Positions 12,222-26,071 of a stretch of DNA of 64,000 nt are shown here, piece by piece. The notes under the pieces were generated by a model. The model was not told where the DNA came from. It saw nothing but the letters and a program-made list of their open reading frames with translations, and did no database searches. Numbering within the stretch: position 1 is the stretch's first letter; each line of letters begins with the position of its first letter. The position numbers were made by a program, and so were the translations under genes. The stretch is taken from positions 124,001 to 188,000 of the forward strand of contig NMRA01000653.1 of NCBI GenBank assembly GCA_002633005.1, read 5' to 3'. The stretch comes from Phoronis australis. Lineage: Eukaryota; Animalia; Phoronida.

Positions 12222-13199
12222 GCGAGTGGAGAAATTGAAGATTTACAAAAGCTTTCAGAAGTTCAAGAGAATTTTTATCTTTGGTTACACAAATTGAGAC
12301 TAAATGATAAAAAATCGTATCTGATAACTTTAGAATTTATTAGCTGAATATACAAGACAGTCGCCACGCAGCACTGAAAAGAAAGTCTGTAGAGGGTCTT
12401 TGGTAGTAACTGAGACACTCGCCTCTAATAGTATTCTTCTGCCTAATGCCTGATATGTATTGAACTTTTAAACCTCAATGGTAGTGAGGGGATTTTGATT
12501 TGATGGCACTCAACAGTTTTTGTTGATATTTGGTTTGAAAAACCAGGTCGAGTCAGCTCCAACAGTCTGTTCCATAGGATGTACAAAACCTGAAAATATT
12601 AACAGTATACCGGACCAAAGACACCTTGTACTAAGTCTATTGATATTTAATCCAAAGTCCATTTTTCCATCCTTTACGACCACCGAACGTGCAGCCGGAT
12701 CCCCAAGGCCACTCTTTGCATGTGATTACTACGAAAAGAGAAGACAGCGCGTTCAGACTGTCAAAACTTTCCACATTACGTAAATCAGGTGCAAAGTGGG
12801 TGTCAGGCACATTGTTGCAAATCTGAATTGTCTGAAGGGTATGCGAATGTCTTGCTTATTTTAACTTTGCACTTGCAAGCAGTAAGGGCTCAGGAAAAGT
12901 CATTGCTGAGCCCAAATTGGATCAAGGAGTTACAGCTGGAAAACCTTCTCTCGGGACAGATTAAAAAATCAAGCAAATGCCATTCGTAGCTTTCACATGC
13001 AGCACAGAACTTAAAATGATCAGCCAAGCCACCATGCGTCATTTTATTTAACCGTGATTCAAACAAAAATTTTTGAGTACCGCCTCACTTGAGGAAGTAA
13101 TCACGTGATCTCCAGATGTATTCATAGCTTCACATTATACAGAACGGCACTGCAGTACCCTGCTCTGTATAAAATTTTCAACGTTTTTGTGAATTTCAG

Positions 13200-13258
13200 G
13201 ACACATTGGGCATGCCTCCTGCCAAAGAAATCAAACTGGAAGAGCATTGCAAATATAA
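13200..13258 (+). CDS. POGLUT1: POGLUT1/Rumi exon (DTLGMPPAKEIKLEEHCKYK)
   Basis: tttcag acceptor, aa|gtgagt donor; DTLG..PA.E..LE.HC.YK motif. Confidence 0.94.
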
Positions 13259-13755
13259 GTGAGTTTTTAATCAGATGTCTTTAAAAACGTTCGTGGTCCA
13301 TCGTGTTCTCTTCTGACTTCAAAGGCACTGGCTATAATTTGCAGGCCAAATGTACCTTCATTGTGCCGCAAGTCAAAAAAAAACATGTTTGGGAATACAT
13401 TCCGTTCAATTCCATATAAAGGCTAATGATAAATGGAAACGTCATCTACAGTAGCAGACCTCAGGCATTGTGTCGATCCAAAAAAATCTATTCAGTCCAA
13501 CAATAGTCGATTATGTCTCACTAAGATTGCGTACAATTAAGCCACGCCCTTTAACAAAATCACGATCGAGTCTAGGTAAACTACCTAATAGCTAGATGTC
13601 GTGGCAGGGGACCAGGCAGCAAGAAGACTTGCTTCCATTGTGCTCGGGTATCACTAAGACACGTCCTTTTAACATAAATGTGATGTCAGTACATCTAGCG
13701 TTTAGGCAGAAAACCAGCCATCAATAACACTTGCATTCATTATGCTTACATGTAG

Positions 13756-13923
13756 GTATCTCTTCAACATGCGAGGTGTGGCTGCCAGTTTCCGTTTCAA
13801 GCACCTATTCCTGTGTGAGTCAGTTGTGTTTCATGTCGGCCATGAGTGGCAGGAATTCTTCTATCCAGCCATGAAACCATGGGTGCACTATATTCCAGTT
13901 AGGTGGGACTTGACCGATGCCAG
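13756..13923 (+). CDS. POGLUT1: POGLUT1/Rumi exon ([20 protein letters not shown]...KPWVHYIPV)
   Basis: ORF 13742..13945 carries the CAP10/GT90 signature; tag acceptor, ag|gtttgt donor. Confidence 0.96.
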
Positions 13924-14806
13924 GTTTGTTGAATTTTTATTATGACAGTGCCAGGAGTCCTTTAATCCAAGGCCTTCAGCGACAAAATCTTCCTTTCTTC
14001 CATGCAGTGCTTCATTTGCGGTCGTGCATTTCGCTCACTTTCTTAGCGGAAACATATCTTGATAATATAAGGTTGTCTAATTTCCATCATCAGTGTTTGT
14101 TGCTCCCATCGAAGTCCGGCTCTGCACAAAATCTTTGCTGGATATTCACATTGCCCGCGTTTTATGACGTTACATTGCAGCTGCAGAGGCCAAATTCAAT
14201 GCATGAGGCAACTCGTACGCTAACATTTGGTCTTTTGTCACCCCAACGTTGTAAGCGCGCCTAAACCAGTCTGTTACTGACCGGTCCTTTCATAAATGTT
14301 ATTTAATGCTCGTGGCTCAGTCGCGCTGCTGAAGAAAACGTATTCGCTATAATTCTCTTATAAGGCCCCTATTTCAAGATTTGGAGATGGCTAATATTCA
14401 CAATTTTAAAAACAATCCTTTTGGTTGTTTGCCTTACTTCAAAACTAGCACGCTAAACAGGTGCGTTGGTTATGACCGCAATGATCTCATCCAATACAAA
14501 ATAGGCCAAACCCATCTGAAGAGCGATAAACTCACATTTATGTGTGATGACGCCGTGATCGTGCAAATAATGTTAGCGTAGGGGTTATCTGATGGGATAT
14601 CTTTTTCCTTCCCATACGATCATTAATTTACATGTATATGTCCACTAAACTTAGTGGGTTTGTGACACCTTACCGCCAGGTGGCGTAGTGTGTAATTTCC
14701 GCTTTGACGAATATCGAGCATTTTTGTTACATTTTTTGGATAACTAACTTCTTACCAGTACTGCAGTTAACAATTTGATGTCGAAGTTCTTAAAAATTTC
14801 ACTCAG

Positions 14807-14863
14807 GGAGCTCCTGCAGTTTGCTCAGGTTAATGATGAAGTGGTTAGAAGAATTGCTAAAAG
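14807..14863 (+). CDS. POGLUT1: POGLUT1/Rumi exon (ELLQFAQVNDEVVRRIAKR)
   Basis: cag acceptor, ag|gtacgt donor; frame-consistent with both neighbours. Confidence 0.92.
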
Positions 14864-15613
14864 GTACGTGACCATGATTTCAGTTCTTTAAGCGTGCTAC
14901 TTGTAACTGTGGCTACGGAACAACGCCATTACCTACTGTCTCATACTACGGCTACATAATTAAAAGAAACTGTGTGATTCTATACGTTCAAAAAACGTAC
15001 CGAGAGTGGCGTAGATGAAGTAATATCCCACGTAACATTATTCCGCGTATCAACCGAGACCGCAGACTGTTCACGTGGCGGATTACATGTACTTGTGCGT
15101 TAAATTAGATATACTATTGAGCAATTAAAAACCGAGACAGAAGTATCTAGATGTTACGTTTGAGACGTTATTGCATGTTGGCTTTTATTTATGCTGCTGC
15201 AGTTGTACTAGTTTAAACTATTTTGAGAAAGTTTGATGGTCGAACAGGCTAACGACGTCGAGTAGACATTGACCTACCTTTTGAGCTTCCCATGTCAGAG
15301 GGCATTGTTGAAGTAGTGCGGGATGTGAATAAGGGAAGCAGTATGATATGGCCGTATTGCACTCCACTGATTCAACGCGTATGGGATAAACATACATCCC
15401 TCCGGGCCTTTTTCTGGTGACAGCAATGACTCTTAGCTTTTTATTAGCTGATTTATCAATATGCTTTGCATATTAAGAGATTACCTTAGTATTCAAACAC
15501 CTGCTGGTGTTTTTCAGTTAGTGATGTATTTTAAAGCAGAAATTTGACAGTGGTATAATAATGAACAATTATTCAGTCTTTACTTCACATGTGGTGTATA
15601 CTTTTCCCAGCAG

Positions 15614-15764
15614 GGGTCGCCAATTCATCTGGGATCATTTGCGTATGGAAGATGTATCCTGCTACTGGGAAAAACTATTGATGCGATACGCCAAGCTGAT
15701 CAACTTTAAACCCAAACGCAATCCTCAGTTTCACCAAGTTTTGAAGGAAAAGGACGAATTGTAA
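15614..15764 (+). CDS. POGLUT1: POGLUT1/Rumi terminal exon (GRQFIWDHLRMEDVSCYW...KEKDEL*)
   Basis: CAGCAG acceptor, FIW.HLRM.D..CYW motif, C-terminal KDEL ER-retrieval signal. The nine exons sum to 1079 nt in one open frame. Confidence 0.95.
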
Positions 15765-18474
15765 TTTGGGCAGAAACAATGAATATCGTATGTGTTCATG
15801 AGGAAGATTTTGTCTGTTCTCGATTATTTTTGATTATGTCCGTTGTCCATCAGTCTCCACACTGTTTCCGGTTAAAGCCAGATACTGACTTCATGGCACT
15901 CTTTCCGCTTCACTTTTGTTTAAAACTTCGTGAAACGAGTTTTAACGAAAGTTAGTTCAGTCCAAACTTTTAAGTCTAAATAATACTCATTCAACACAAC
16001 TACAAATATTTTCAAACTTAACTTACTTGACCATGATTGTCTAGTTTATTTTTGATTTTTGGTGGTGTACCACCCCCTAAAATGGCCGAAATTGTGAGGG
16101 ACACCTGACTTAACTGCCACCACATGAAATGAGGTTTCCCAAGAAACCCCGCCCACTTTTTAAAAAACTTTTAAAAATTAACCGGAAAATTTATGCACAC
16201 ACAAACATGGCAGAAATTTTAGTGATGCATTTCGATAGACGAAACTTCTCCTGTGTTCTTAATTGGTGAATAAATAGAAAAGAGTAATTTTAAAGCCTCT
16301 GGCGAAGTGATTCGGGTTTTGAGTAGGGATTCACACTGGTATTCAACTATCAGTATGCCATACTAAATGGAAATACCGACTACAAAGTAAGTTTTATCGG
16401 CTCTCGGGTACATGACGTTTCGTAAAGTACTTGCCTATTCGTAAGTATTATTCAGTCCGTTTTTATAACATAAGCGCCTGACAATGGTTTGAATAATGTG
16501 GTCAGTCTTGAAATATGTGTTTGTCCAGCGACCTAGTTAGACTAATAACCCAGTCAAGCGAACTACTATGCTGCGTATTTATTTGTGCACTTTAATTCTG
16601 GAAGTATTGATTAAAATGGCGTTAAAATACCGTATTAATAAGAAATTCTTGATAGTATCGACAAATCACAAAGGCGTTTTAAATACCCTAAGACACTGCT
16701 AAGCCAAATCACATCAAGCCGTTGGCGTCGATGGAACGGAATTGTGACTTCAACAAAGCTTTCTACAAAACAAATTATTTCGTACAAGTAGAAACAATTG
16801 TCTACAGTTTCTGATTGAACCGTTGACATTCACTATACATGTAGATATATCAGACACTTCAGTCGGGCGTCTTGGACTGAATGGAATTTTTTTAAATTTT
16901 ATATCAAAAGCTCTGCTCTGTTAGTTTATTCATAATACCACTGTGCCTTCTTTCAGTGGTCTCAATCCCTTTATTTTGTAAATAAAGTAGTTACCGGTCA
17001 AGCTTTTTAGCATCAGAAAAGTAACAGAACTGATAGAAAGTCGCGCATGAAAAATGCGGAGGTTTATTTTAAGCAAAATTTCTAACTAAAAATTATTTAC
17101 GACTGTTCCGCAACACTCTATGAAATTTGAAATGTAATCGAGAACAAACGACGGAAAATGTGCAATCGTGTGCGCTGAAAACTGGCGTGCTGTTGCTGAT
17201 GAGAAGAACCTAGGCAGAAGATACACTGAACATGGAGTAGGCTTATATCATTGCTCTTTTGAGATTTGAGAATTTCAACTAACATGCAAGGCTTCTAAAC
17301 ATTTTTATTGCTGCACAAATACATGAGATTACATTAAATCCAAATATTTAGCCCAAAAAGCTTCTAAACATTTGTGAGGATATATATGAATTAAAGTCAT
17401 GTAAGCCTTTTGACAACACCATGAAACTGCATAAAACTATTGAAAATACTCTCTGAACATTTTGTAAGTACCTATTTTTTCTATTTATTTATTTTTTTTA
17501 TTTTCTTTAAATCTGCGTGATAAAAACAAATAAATGTTACCCACAATGCTGTTCAGATTGACCTTTAGGCAACTGTCTCAGTCCGAGTCAGCTATCTCCG
17601 GTACTGCTTCGAAGAAGAAAAGTTCGCCTTTGTTAGGTAATTTATTCGTTTTTGACGCTTTTGGATGGTGATATTGCTCCGTGGGTGAGTTGAACTGTCT
17701 AACTGTTACGCTTAGAATTAGATGAAACAATCACCTGGGGGAAATTACGCACTGAATTTGATACTAATCGTTGTGTTCCTGTCGTCGAGACGAGTAAAAT
17801 CTGTAGTAGGCCTATATTGTGACTGGAACTGAGTGTACTGTTATTGTGTTTGGATGGAGACTGTTTGTCATTCGATGGTCATGGGTTGGATTTCTACCTG
17901 CTGGCAATTTTCAGACTTGATACTTGAATTAAAGGTTATTCGTGCATATCCACTGGCATAGGAATAGCTCCGTCTATCGCCAGGAACTCTACTCTACTAC
18001 TCTACTCTAGTCAAGGCAAGCCGAGGGATTTTGACGAAATTTCCAAGAGGTTTTGCCCATGTCATGAAACTGAGACTCGTGTAGGATTCTCTATTCATCA
18101 CATCTTAACTGTTGGTGGCCATACAGGTTTATGAAGCCCAAGCAAGTTTCATACTTCCACCGTCTATCAGTAAGCAATGAGAAACGAACATTCAACGAGA
18201 GAGTTGCATTGTTTGCAGGACAGTTACTGTGACTGTAAAATCCTGTTCCATCCGCGCAACTTTTGATTTCGAACACTTACCAGTATAAAACTGATCTCGG
18301 CTTTTCCTTGGTCGGATGAGAAATAATTTTTGTCTTGCAAAGAACTGACAGTTTGTTATGCTTAAGACCACGTCAGGTCGTAAATGGTTCGAATTTGATC
18401 TTACGGTGACCGTGGTACTGTACGTATCTGCAAGCAAGAATACGCGAAAAAGTGGTTGTTTTTGAGGTCCAAAT

Positions 18475-18608
18475 CAGTGCTGTAGCCCACCGTATCACCT
18501 TGAGCAGTGAACGTAACTTACGGTGCGTTGGCGATACGTTCAAATGCCAAAAGGTGGTTGGCTGCGCCGACGTGCGCCTACGTGCGCCTACGCCAAAGTA
18601 CAGCACTG
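18475..18608. mobile_element. hAT-type MITE (134 bp)
   Basis: Perfect 10-bp TIR CAGTGCTGTA / TACAGCACTG; 8-bp flanks gtccaaat / gtttaaat (6 of 8 match). Confidence 0.7.
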
Positions 18609-19481
18609 GTTTAAATTCGAGAAAAGGGTATCATTTCAGACATTTTCGTGGAAAATGGTTTAATTATCACAATTCTACAAAAATTAGAAAAGAGTGAAAT
18701 GATGCCCCTTGTTCCTCTATGTTATGTCAGGAAAACTTTTTAAAGGCCTCTTGCGGCCAAACACCATCCAGAAACGAGGATGCTGTTTCATTCATTGGCA
18801 ACAGATGTCGCTGTAATCCTGAGTTGAGAGAACTTGGGTGTCAACGGGGAAATAGTGCGACAGAAATTCAACGATAAAATAGTGCAAGGAAACGCGGTAG
18901 GAGACACATTAATATATTTTTAGAATGAGAACGATAAGCGGAATAGAACAATGCCAAAATTAAGTGTGTATGTCAATGTCGTCATAGTGATTATCATGAC
19001 ACTCGGAAACCCAATGGTCGTCCGCCTAAGCACAAAACCGGCTTGTCGTACTTACCGAATTATGCCATTTACGAGTTATGTAGTGAATAGAATTTGATTT
19101 AACTCTAACAGATATATCGCAGTCATTGATTGTGCTGAGTTATTTCAACTTGCATTGCTTTCGACAGCCATATGTGTCCTATGGTCGTCATATGCTGTCC
19201 CTCTTTGTAAAAGCTGAGAAACTTGCTGGAAAAGGCCAACGAAATAATGAATATTGCAACAGACTTTTTTACTGATATAAACTCTTTTAAATGGTTCAGA
19301 TTTTCCGTTTTGGGAACTAATTATTTTTTAGATTTAAGCATTCAATAAAATTAATCAGAATGAGAGATAATTACATACAAACAACATTATCAAGTTTAGA
19401 GCATTCTAACATTTTTGTTCTTAATAGTTGCTCTTTTTTAAGTTTCCAACAATTTTTTTCTTGTTCTTCTGGATACTGGCT

Positions 19482-21146
19482 TTAGGGACATGAAATGTGA
19501 CAAGAACGGAAAAAATTGTCATGGCGCCTCAGAGCATGTACATCGCAACGAAATCTCGGGTGTGTCCGGTGGTTGCAGTTGGGAAAATTGCATCTTCCCA
19601 GCTCACCATAACCAGTGACGGGTAGCGTCGAAGCTGGGGCAGCGACCAGGTCTGACATGCACACCAGACCTCATCTTCAGCATCTGAATCAGCACAGTCA
19701 CTGCTATCCGCATTTGCTGACCGTATCGTCGCCCGCGGTTTCTTTATTTCAGATGGACCAGCTGGTTCACTTTCTGTTTGTGACTTCGTTAATTGATTTC
19801 GTTTGCTCGTCGTATTCGTGACACTAGTTGTCTCCATCGTCTTCTTTGCTCTTTTCGCTGTTTCACTATTCTCTGTTAACCCCTTACCAACCCAAAACTG
19901 CAACCCTTCGAGAAGTGATGGATTGAAGTTGATAATTTGATCTCGATACAGTTATTCAGTAGTTCAGAAAACAAATACAGGTTTGACTGTGTTCAGTGAT
20001 TACGGTGGGTGAAACCAAGAAAATTGTTGATGTAGCTATGTTCTCTGCAGGCCGACTGTTGAGTCAAACGGGAATGTTCCACAATTGCAAAAATCACAGA
20101 TAAGATTTTCACTGGACAATGCTTTAATGTAGGCCTTACTTCCCAGAGAAGAAACATCATTGCGCGTGATGCCAGCCTTCGTTCCCGTGATTAACCTGTG
20201 GCATAACTTGTTGTAAATCGCCTCCATTAGCCCATAACAGCAGACATCAAGAGGCTGAAGGAGATGGGACGTAACGACTGGCAGCGTCAGGATGATGATG
20301 TTCTCGTTTGTCCACTGAGCTACAGCCAGATTTGTGCGAGACCTATGGTCATCCAATATCAGCAGCACAGTCTCTTGCAGCACTCCTGGGACAAATTTCA
20401 CGAAGTGTATTTCGAGGTACTTGAGAAAATGTTGGGTGTTTTGATCAATCACTGTTGGATAATGTTGCAGAAGCACCAGGAGTGCAATTGTGAATGAAGT
20501 CCGACTTGAACGCTTTCCTTTAAAAATAAAATGAGGAGGAAGTAAGAATCCTGTAGCGTTCCCGCAGCCAAAGACTGTTGACGTTGCTGAACGCACTGGC
20601 AACATCATGTGGAGGTTTATGATTTAATGTGATCCATTTTTCATCCAAGATTGACTATTCGGTGTGATTTGTTTTGCAGGTTGTGTTTTTGGAACGGTAT
20701 GCAGCTCGGTAAAGTACGATTCTATGGCTTCTTTGTTTGCTGATTTGGCTGTGGCAAAATCCAGTGATTTTGCTCTGACGACTTTTATCTCCGGCCAACG
20801 TTTTACAAAACTTTGGAACCATCTTATCGACAGCCGCTCCCCAGTTTCTCGAAGTCCCTCTGACAAGGCCCATTCGGTGGCTATATCTAGCACTTCTCGT
20901 CTTCAGTAACCATAACCAAGGGTGGCCATTTCTCTCTGATACTTCACCAGCAGGGCCTCCTGTTGCACGCTGAAGATGAGAGGAACACCCATGGTGACAC
21001 ACTCCGACTCGGGGTCAATTTTCCTGTTCGCTCTGTCTCGCAGCTTTTTATCTGGCACCCCATATTTTTGCAGCACGTCTTACTGAAAGACCATCTTCAA
21101 CAACCTTTTGATATGCTTCTTGAGCTTTTTTTCTCTTATGCAGGCT
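19482..21146 (-). pseudogene. Decayed pogo/Tigger-superfamily transposase (psq HTH, CENP-B HTH, DDE_1, C-terminal PHD-like finger)
   Basis: GLSVRRAAK.YGVP..LRDR; WFQSFVKRWPE; VFGCGNATG..LPPHFIFKGKR; LLILDDHRS; TSHLLQPLDVCCYG; Cys/His tail. Many frameshifts and stops. Confidence 0.9.
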
Positions 21147-22008
21147 TCTGTAACAATACAGAAATACTCAAGCCGTTTTTGTTTTATTGTTCAGTCTCTT
21201 ATTTTTATTTTTAATTGTGTCATGCTATGTTGTATGTATCATTGCAATATAATAAAATAAATATTTTATTTCATTGTTGATGACTGTCTATCAATTATGT
21301 TAAATTTCTTCAAATAAAATCAAAATGTATGAACTAAATATTTCAGCATTACTATTGAGCTCTGCGCTGTTTTTGCAATAAAAACCAAGTGGTTAACACT
21401 TTAATGGTCAATGCGTGAGGTGAAAATGTTAAGCACCCAGCCTGTTGTATTTGTCATTGAGAAATCTATGCTCTGCGGGTTTTTTTTTTGCCTTCTAGAT
21501 CTTGCTCGTGCCTGAGACAAATAGATACATTGCATAAACAAATCCTAGATGAGGTTTGGTGTCCCATCTGGGGAAAATTTAACTTCGAAAACATCTTCTG
21601 AAAACGAACAAAAAAGTATTAGTAAAACCTACAAACACGTCTGGGTGGTTTTAAAAAACAATCGGTGAACTCACCGATTTTTGTCTAATTTCTTCGATGC
21701 GTGTACGTATATCCCGATAAGTTAGTAACTGGTAAGCAAACGAGAGTTCCATACTGGAAAGCAAAGTCTCGCGTGGATGCGCTGAGCGCGAAAGAATATG
21801 GCAGACGACCATCATTGGAGCCTGACGACGAGAGGTATCCCGACGATATAACTTTTCGGTCTTGGGAATTAATTATAATCCAAGTGTTGCAGTTAACATG
21901 TCTGTATTGATATCACGAATAACCAACTGGTTTTCGACCAATTCAGATGTAACGAATGATGCATGTATCAATCTGAATAATACTGATCCAAAAGAAATAG
22001 GTGCAAAA

Positions 22009-22783
22009 TCCACATTCGGCCACAGTTCCGATGACTTTTACTGGTACGACACCTTCACGATCTACAGCTGCGAATCATTTGTAAGCGATATTTCCATTGA
22101 TAACAAAATGCAACACAAATCAGATGCACACAGTCTCACTAGACGCTTTCACTCCGATTCTGAATGATGAAAATGGATAAAACTGGCATTATAAGAGAGC
22201 AGGCGCACGCGACACATCCATACCGAATAGATACACTGATACAGTTCACAGTTCATGAAGTCCGACAGACTTTGTGGGACACACAGATTTTGTCTACCAG
22301 AACGCTCTTCAGCTTGAGACGCTAACTTCGAAGTCGCAAACGCAATAGTAATGAGCAGGATGCTGAATATGGGTCAGATTTAAAGAGACTGGCTANTCCA
22401 CATTCGGCCACAGTTCCGATGACTTTTACTGGTACGACACCTTCACGATCTACAGCTGCGAATCATTTGTAAGCGATATTTCCATTGATAACAAAATGCA
22501 ACACAAATCAGATGCACACAGTCTCACTAGACGCTTTCACTCCGATTCTGAATGATGAAAATGGATAAAACTGGCATTATAAGAGAGCAGGCGCACGCGA
22601 CACATCCATACCGAATAGATACACTGATACAGTTCACAGTTCATGAAGTCCGACAGACTTTGTGGGACACACAGATTTTGTCTACCAGAACGCTCTTCAG
22701 CTTGAGACGCTAACTTCGAAGTCGCAAACGCAATAGTAATGAGCAGGATGCTGAATATGGGTCAGATTTAAAGAGACTGGCTA
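22009..22783. repeat. N-joined tandem duplicate (22009-22395 / 22397-22783)
   Basis: Apparently identical copies either side of a single N at 22396. Confidence 0.9.
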
Positions 22784-22794
22784 GGTTAGCTTAT

Positions 22795-25700
22795 CCTGAA
22801 ATATTTAATGAAGTTCTAGAAATATTGGTGGTATATTGCAGGTTTACATGATCAACAGCTACGGCGTCATGTACACTTTCAACACCCACCGTCTGTGGAT
22901 GTCGCAATATCATTAGATATTGAACATGAAGCATGAAGCTTTTGAAGGAGCAAGGTGTAGTCGTAAACCACAGGTGCTACCCGAACAAGGCAGAGTATTG
23001 TCTGTTGCGACACAACCTCACCCTATAAAACTGGAAGAGAAGTTTGGGGAAAATACTGACGTGACTGAATTACCAAACGAATTACAAGTCATAAAGAAAA
23101 TGTTAAAAGAACTACAAACAGCAAGAAAACAAAAAGATCTAATGTGCTATAACTCCGGTACTAAGGGACGTTATGGCCGAGATTGCAGAAATTGTGGGAT
23201 TAATGAATATCAGAAAGAGAACTTCGTTGTCAACTGAGTTTTCTACAAAACATTCGTCAAATTAATGTCGACCGATACTGAGGCCAAGGATACGTAGAGA
23301 TAAATTCATAAAATGATCAAATTGCGCAGTGTTTGTTGGTACTTATTCAAATGTTTAAAAAGGAGTAACTTTCATTGTTAGATGGAGGGTCGCCAGTAAT
23401 GTCCAAAGATGTACGTGTTGAGTGGGAATTCGATAAATGAAATTTGTGTGTTGTGATTTTGCAGTTTATGCGTCACATTCACTACCTGCACACTTTGGTG
23501 GCGCTACAAACACTTATTGTTGTGCATTGTTGTTTAGGACACAATGCCTCGTTTTAGTATCAATTTTTACAACGCAAACGTGAAAGCGCGCATGTTGCAA
23601 TCAGGCAGAACCATTGTAGTTTGGACACACCACCTCGTTCTCAAGCATAATGGCGAGTTCGCGAAAATAGTGAATTGGTGCTTACCTTTAACCCACTCTG
23701 TCTGTTTGGAACTGGTCATTGTAGATTATGGGGTTACGAATGTTGCTATTGAAATTCAAGGGCTAATTATTTACTCAAAACTTTATTGTAGCAGATGTTG
23801 AACCTAAAATAGTATTGAGACTTGATTTAAAAAAAAAAACGCCGATGTACTATTGAAATGTCGCCCGAAGGTGATATATTGGCTATGTATGGGATGAAAA
23901 CTCCGCTTTGCCCGGAGAAAAGACTTCGGAATAACATAGTTATTGTACTAAGTTTTATTTCTATAACAGAAGACTTTAAAGGTTACTAAAGTATAAAAAC
24001 ATGCCTTTTTAATGTAATTTAGTTTATGAATAAAGTCTATATCTGAAATCACATTTTTTATTCTTTCGCATTTTTGTAAAAAAGTGTTTTTTCCAATGTT
24101 AATTCCTATTGTCTAACGCGCGTCTGACGACACTCATGCTGCACCGTGGGTGAAAGCAATGACATACTTATTATATAGCTCATTGGGTGAAGGCCTCTTG
24201 TTTACAAAACTGTAGTTTATATGTATAGGTTGTCTGCGATCTCGGCTCGCATACCGGTAATACAAGTTTACTATCATGTCTAATTGGTACTGCGTGGCAC
24301 CACCTAGCGTTGGTGCAAAACTGTATACTAAATATACAGCCGTTGCGCCGATGTGGGTAAAAACTGTTCAAATAAAATCTGACACAAAATTAGTGTCATT
24401 AAAACTACACTCTTCCTTGAGTAAACTAAATTATTTACCGGTGCTGAAAANCCTGAAATATTTAATGAAGTTCTAGAAATATTGGTGGTATATTGCAGGT
24501 TTACATGATCAACTGCTACGGCGTCATGTACACTTTCAACACCCACCGTCTGTGGATGATGCAATATCACTAGATATTGAACATGAAGCTTTTGAAGGAG
24601 CAAGGTGTAGCCGTAAACCACAGGTGCTACCCGAACAAGGCAGAGTATTGTCTGTTGCGACACAACCTCACCCTATAAAACTGGAAGAGAAGTTTGGGAA
24701 AAATACTGACGTGACTGAATTACCAAACGAATTACAAGTCATAAAGAAAATGTTACAAGAACTACAAACAGCAAGAAAACAAAAAGATCTAATGTGCTAT
24801 AACTCTGGTACTAAGGGACATTATGGCCGAGATTGCAGAAATTGTGGGATTAATGAATATCAGAAAGAGAACTTCGTTGTCAACTGAGTTTTCTACAAAA
24901 CATTCGTCAAATTAATGTCGACCGATACTGAGGCCAAGGATAGGTAGAGATAAATTCATAAAATGTTCAAATTGCGCATTGTTTGTTGATACTTATTCAA
25001 ATGTTTAAAAAGGAGTAACTTTTATTATTAGATGGAGGGTCGCCAGTAATGTCCAAAGATGTACGTGTTGAGTGGGAATTCGATAAATGAAATTTGTGTG
25101 TTGTGATTTTGCAGTTTATGCGTCACATTCACTACCTGCACACTTTGGTGGCGCTACAAACAATTATTGTTGTGCATTGTTGTTTAGGACACAATGCCTC
25201 GTTTTAGTATCAATTTTTACAACGCAAACGTGAAAGCGCGCATGTTGCAATCAGGCAGAACCATTGTAGTTTGGACATACCACCTCGTTCTCAAGCATAA
25301 TGGCGAGTTCGCGAAAATAGTGAATTGGTGCTTACCTTTAACCCACTCTGCCTGTTTGGAACTGGTCATTGTAGATTATGGGGTTACGAGTGTTGATATT
25401 GAAATTCAAGGGCTAAAATTTACTCAAAACTTTATTGTAGCAGATGTTGAACCTAAAATAGTATTGATACTTGATTTAAAAAAAAACGCCGATGTACTAT
25501 TGAAATGTCGCCCGAAGGTGATATATTGGCTATGTATGGGATGAAAACTCCGCTTTGCCCGGACAAAAGACTTCGGAATAACATAGTTATTGTACTAAGT
25601 TTTTAAAGGTTACTGAAGTATAAAAAATGCCTTTTTAATGTAATTTAGTTTATGAATAAAATCTATATCTGAAATCACATTTTTTATTCTTTCGCATTTT

Positions 25701-26071
25701 TGTAAAAAAGTGTTTTTTCCAATGTTAATTCCTATTGTCTAACGCGCGTCTGACGTCACTCATGCTGCACCGTGGGTGAAAGCAATGACATACTTATTAT
25801 ATAGCTCATTGGGTGAAGGCCTCTTGTTTACAAAACTGTAGTTTATATGTATAGGTCGTCTGCGATCTCGGCTCTCATACCGGTAATACAAGTTTACTAT
25901 CATGTCTTGGTACTGCGTGGCACCACCTAGCGTTGGTGCAAAACTGTATACTAAATATACAGCTATTGCGCCGATGTGGGTAAAAACTGTTTAAATAAAA
26001 TCTGACACAAAATCAGTGTCATTAAAACTACACTCTTCCTTGAGTAAACTAAATTATTTACCGGTGCTGAA
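22795..26071. repeat. N-joined tandem duplicate (22795-24450 / 24452-26071)
   Basis: Near-identical copies with SNPs and small indels either side of N at 24451. Confidence 0.9.

Larger units (their letters stand above)
21750..26071 (+). mobile_element. Decayed Ty3/Gypsy LTR-retrotransposon gag/protease relic, partly duplicated at assembly joins
   Basis: EYGSDLKRLARLAYPE..GLHDQQLRRHVHFQHP.SVD.AISL gag motif; zinc-knuckle relic CYNSGTKGHYGRDC; protease-like IQGLKFTQNFIVADV..IVL. No RT or integrase seen; boundaries approximate. Confidence 0.8.

Noticed and set aside
18281-18427. Minus-strand exon-like segment (cag ... g|gtaagt)
   Set aside because: No recognisable protein in any frame and no partner exons found.
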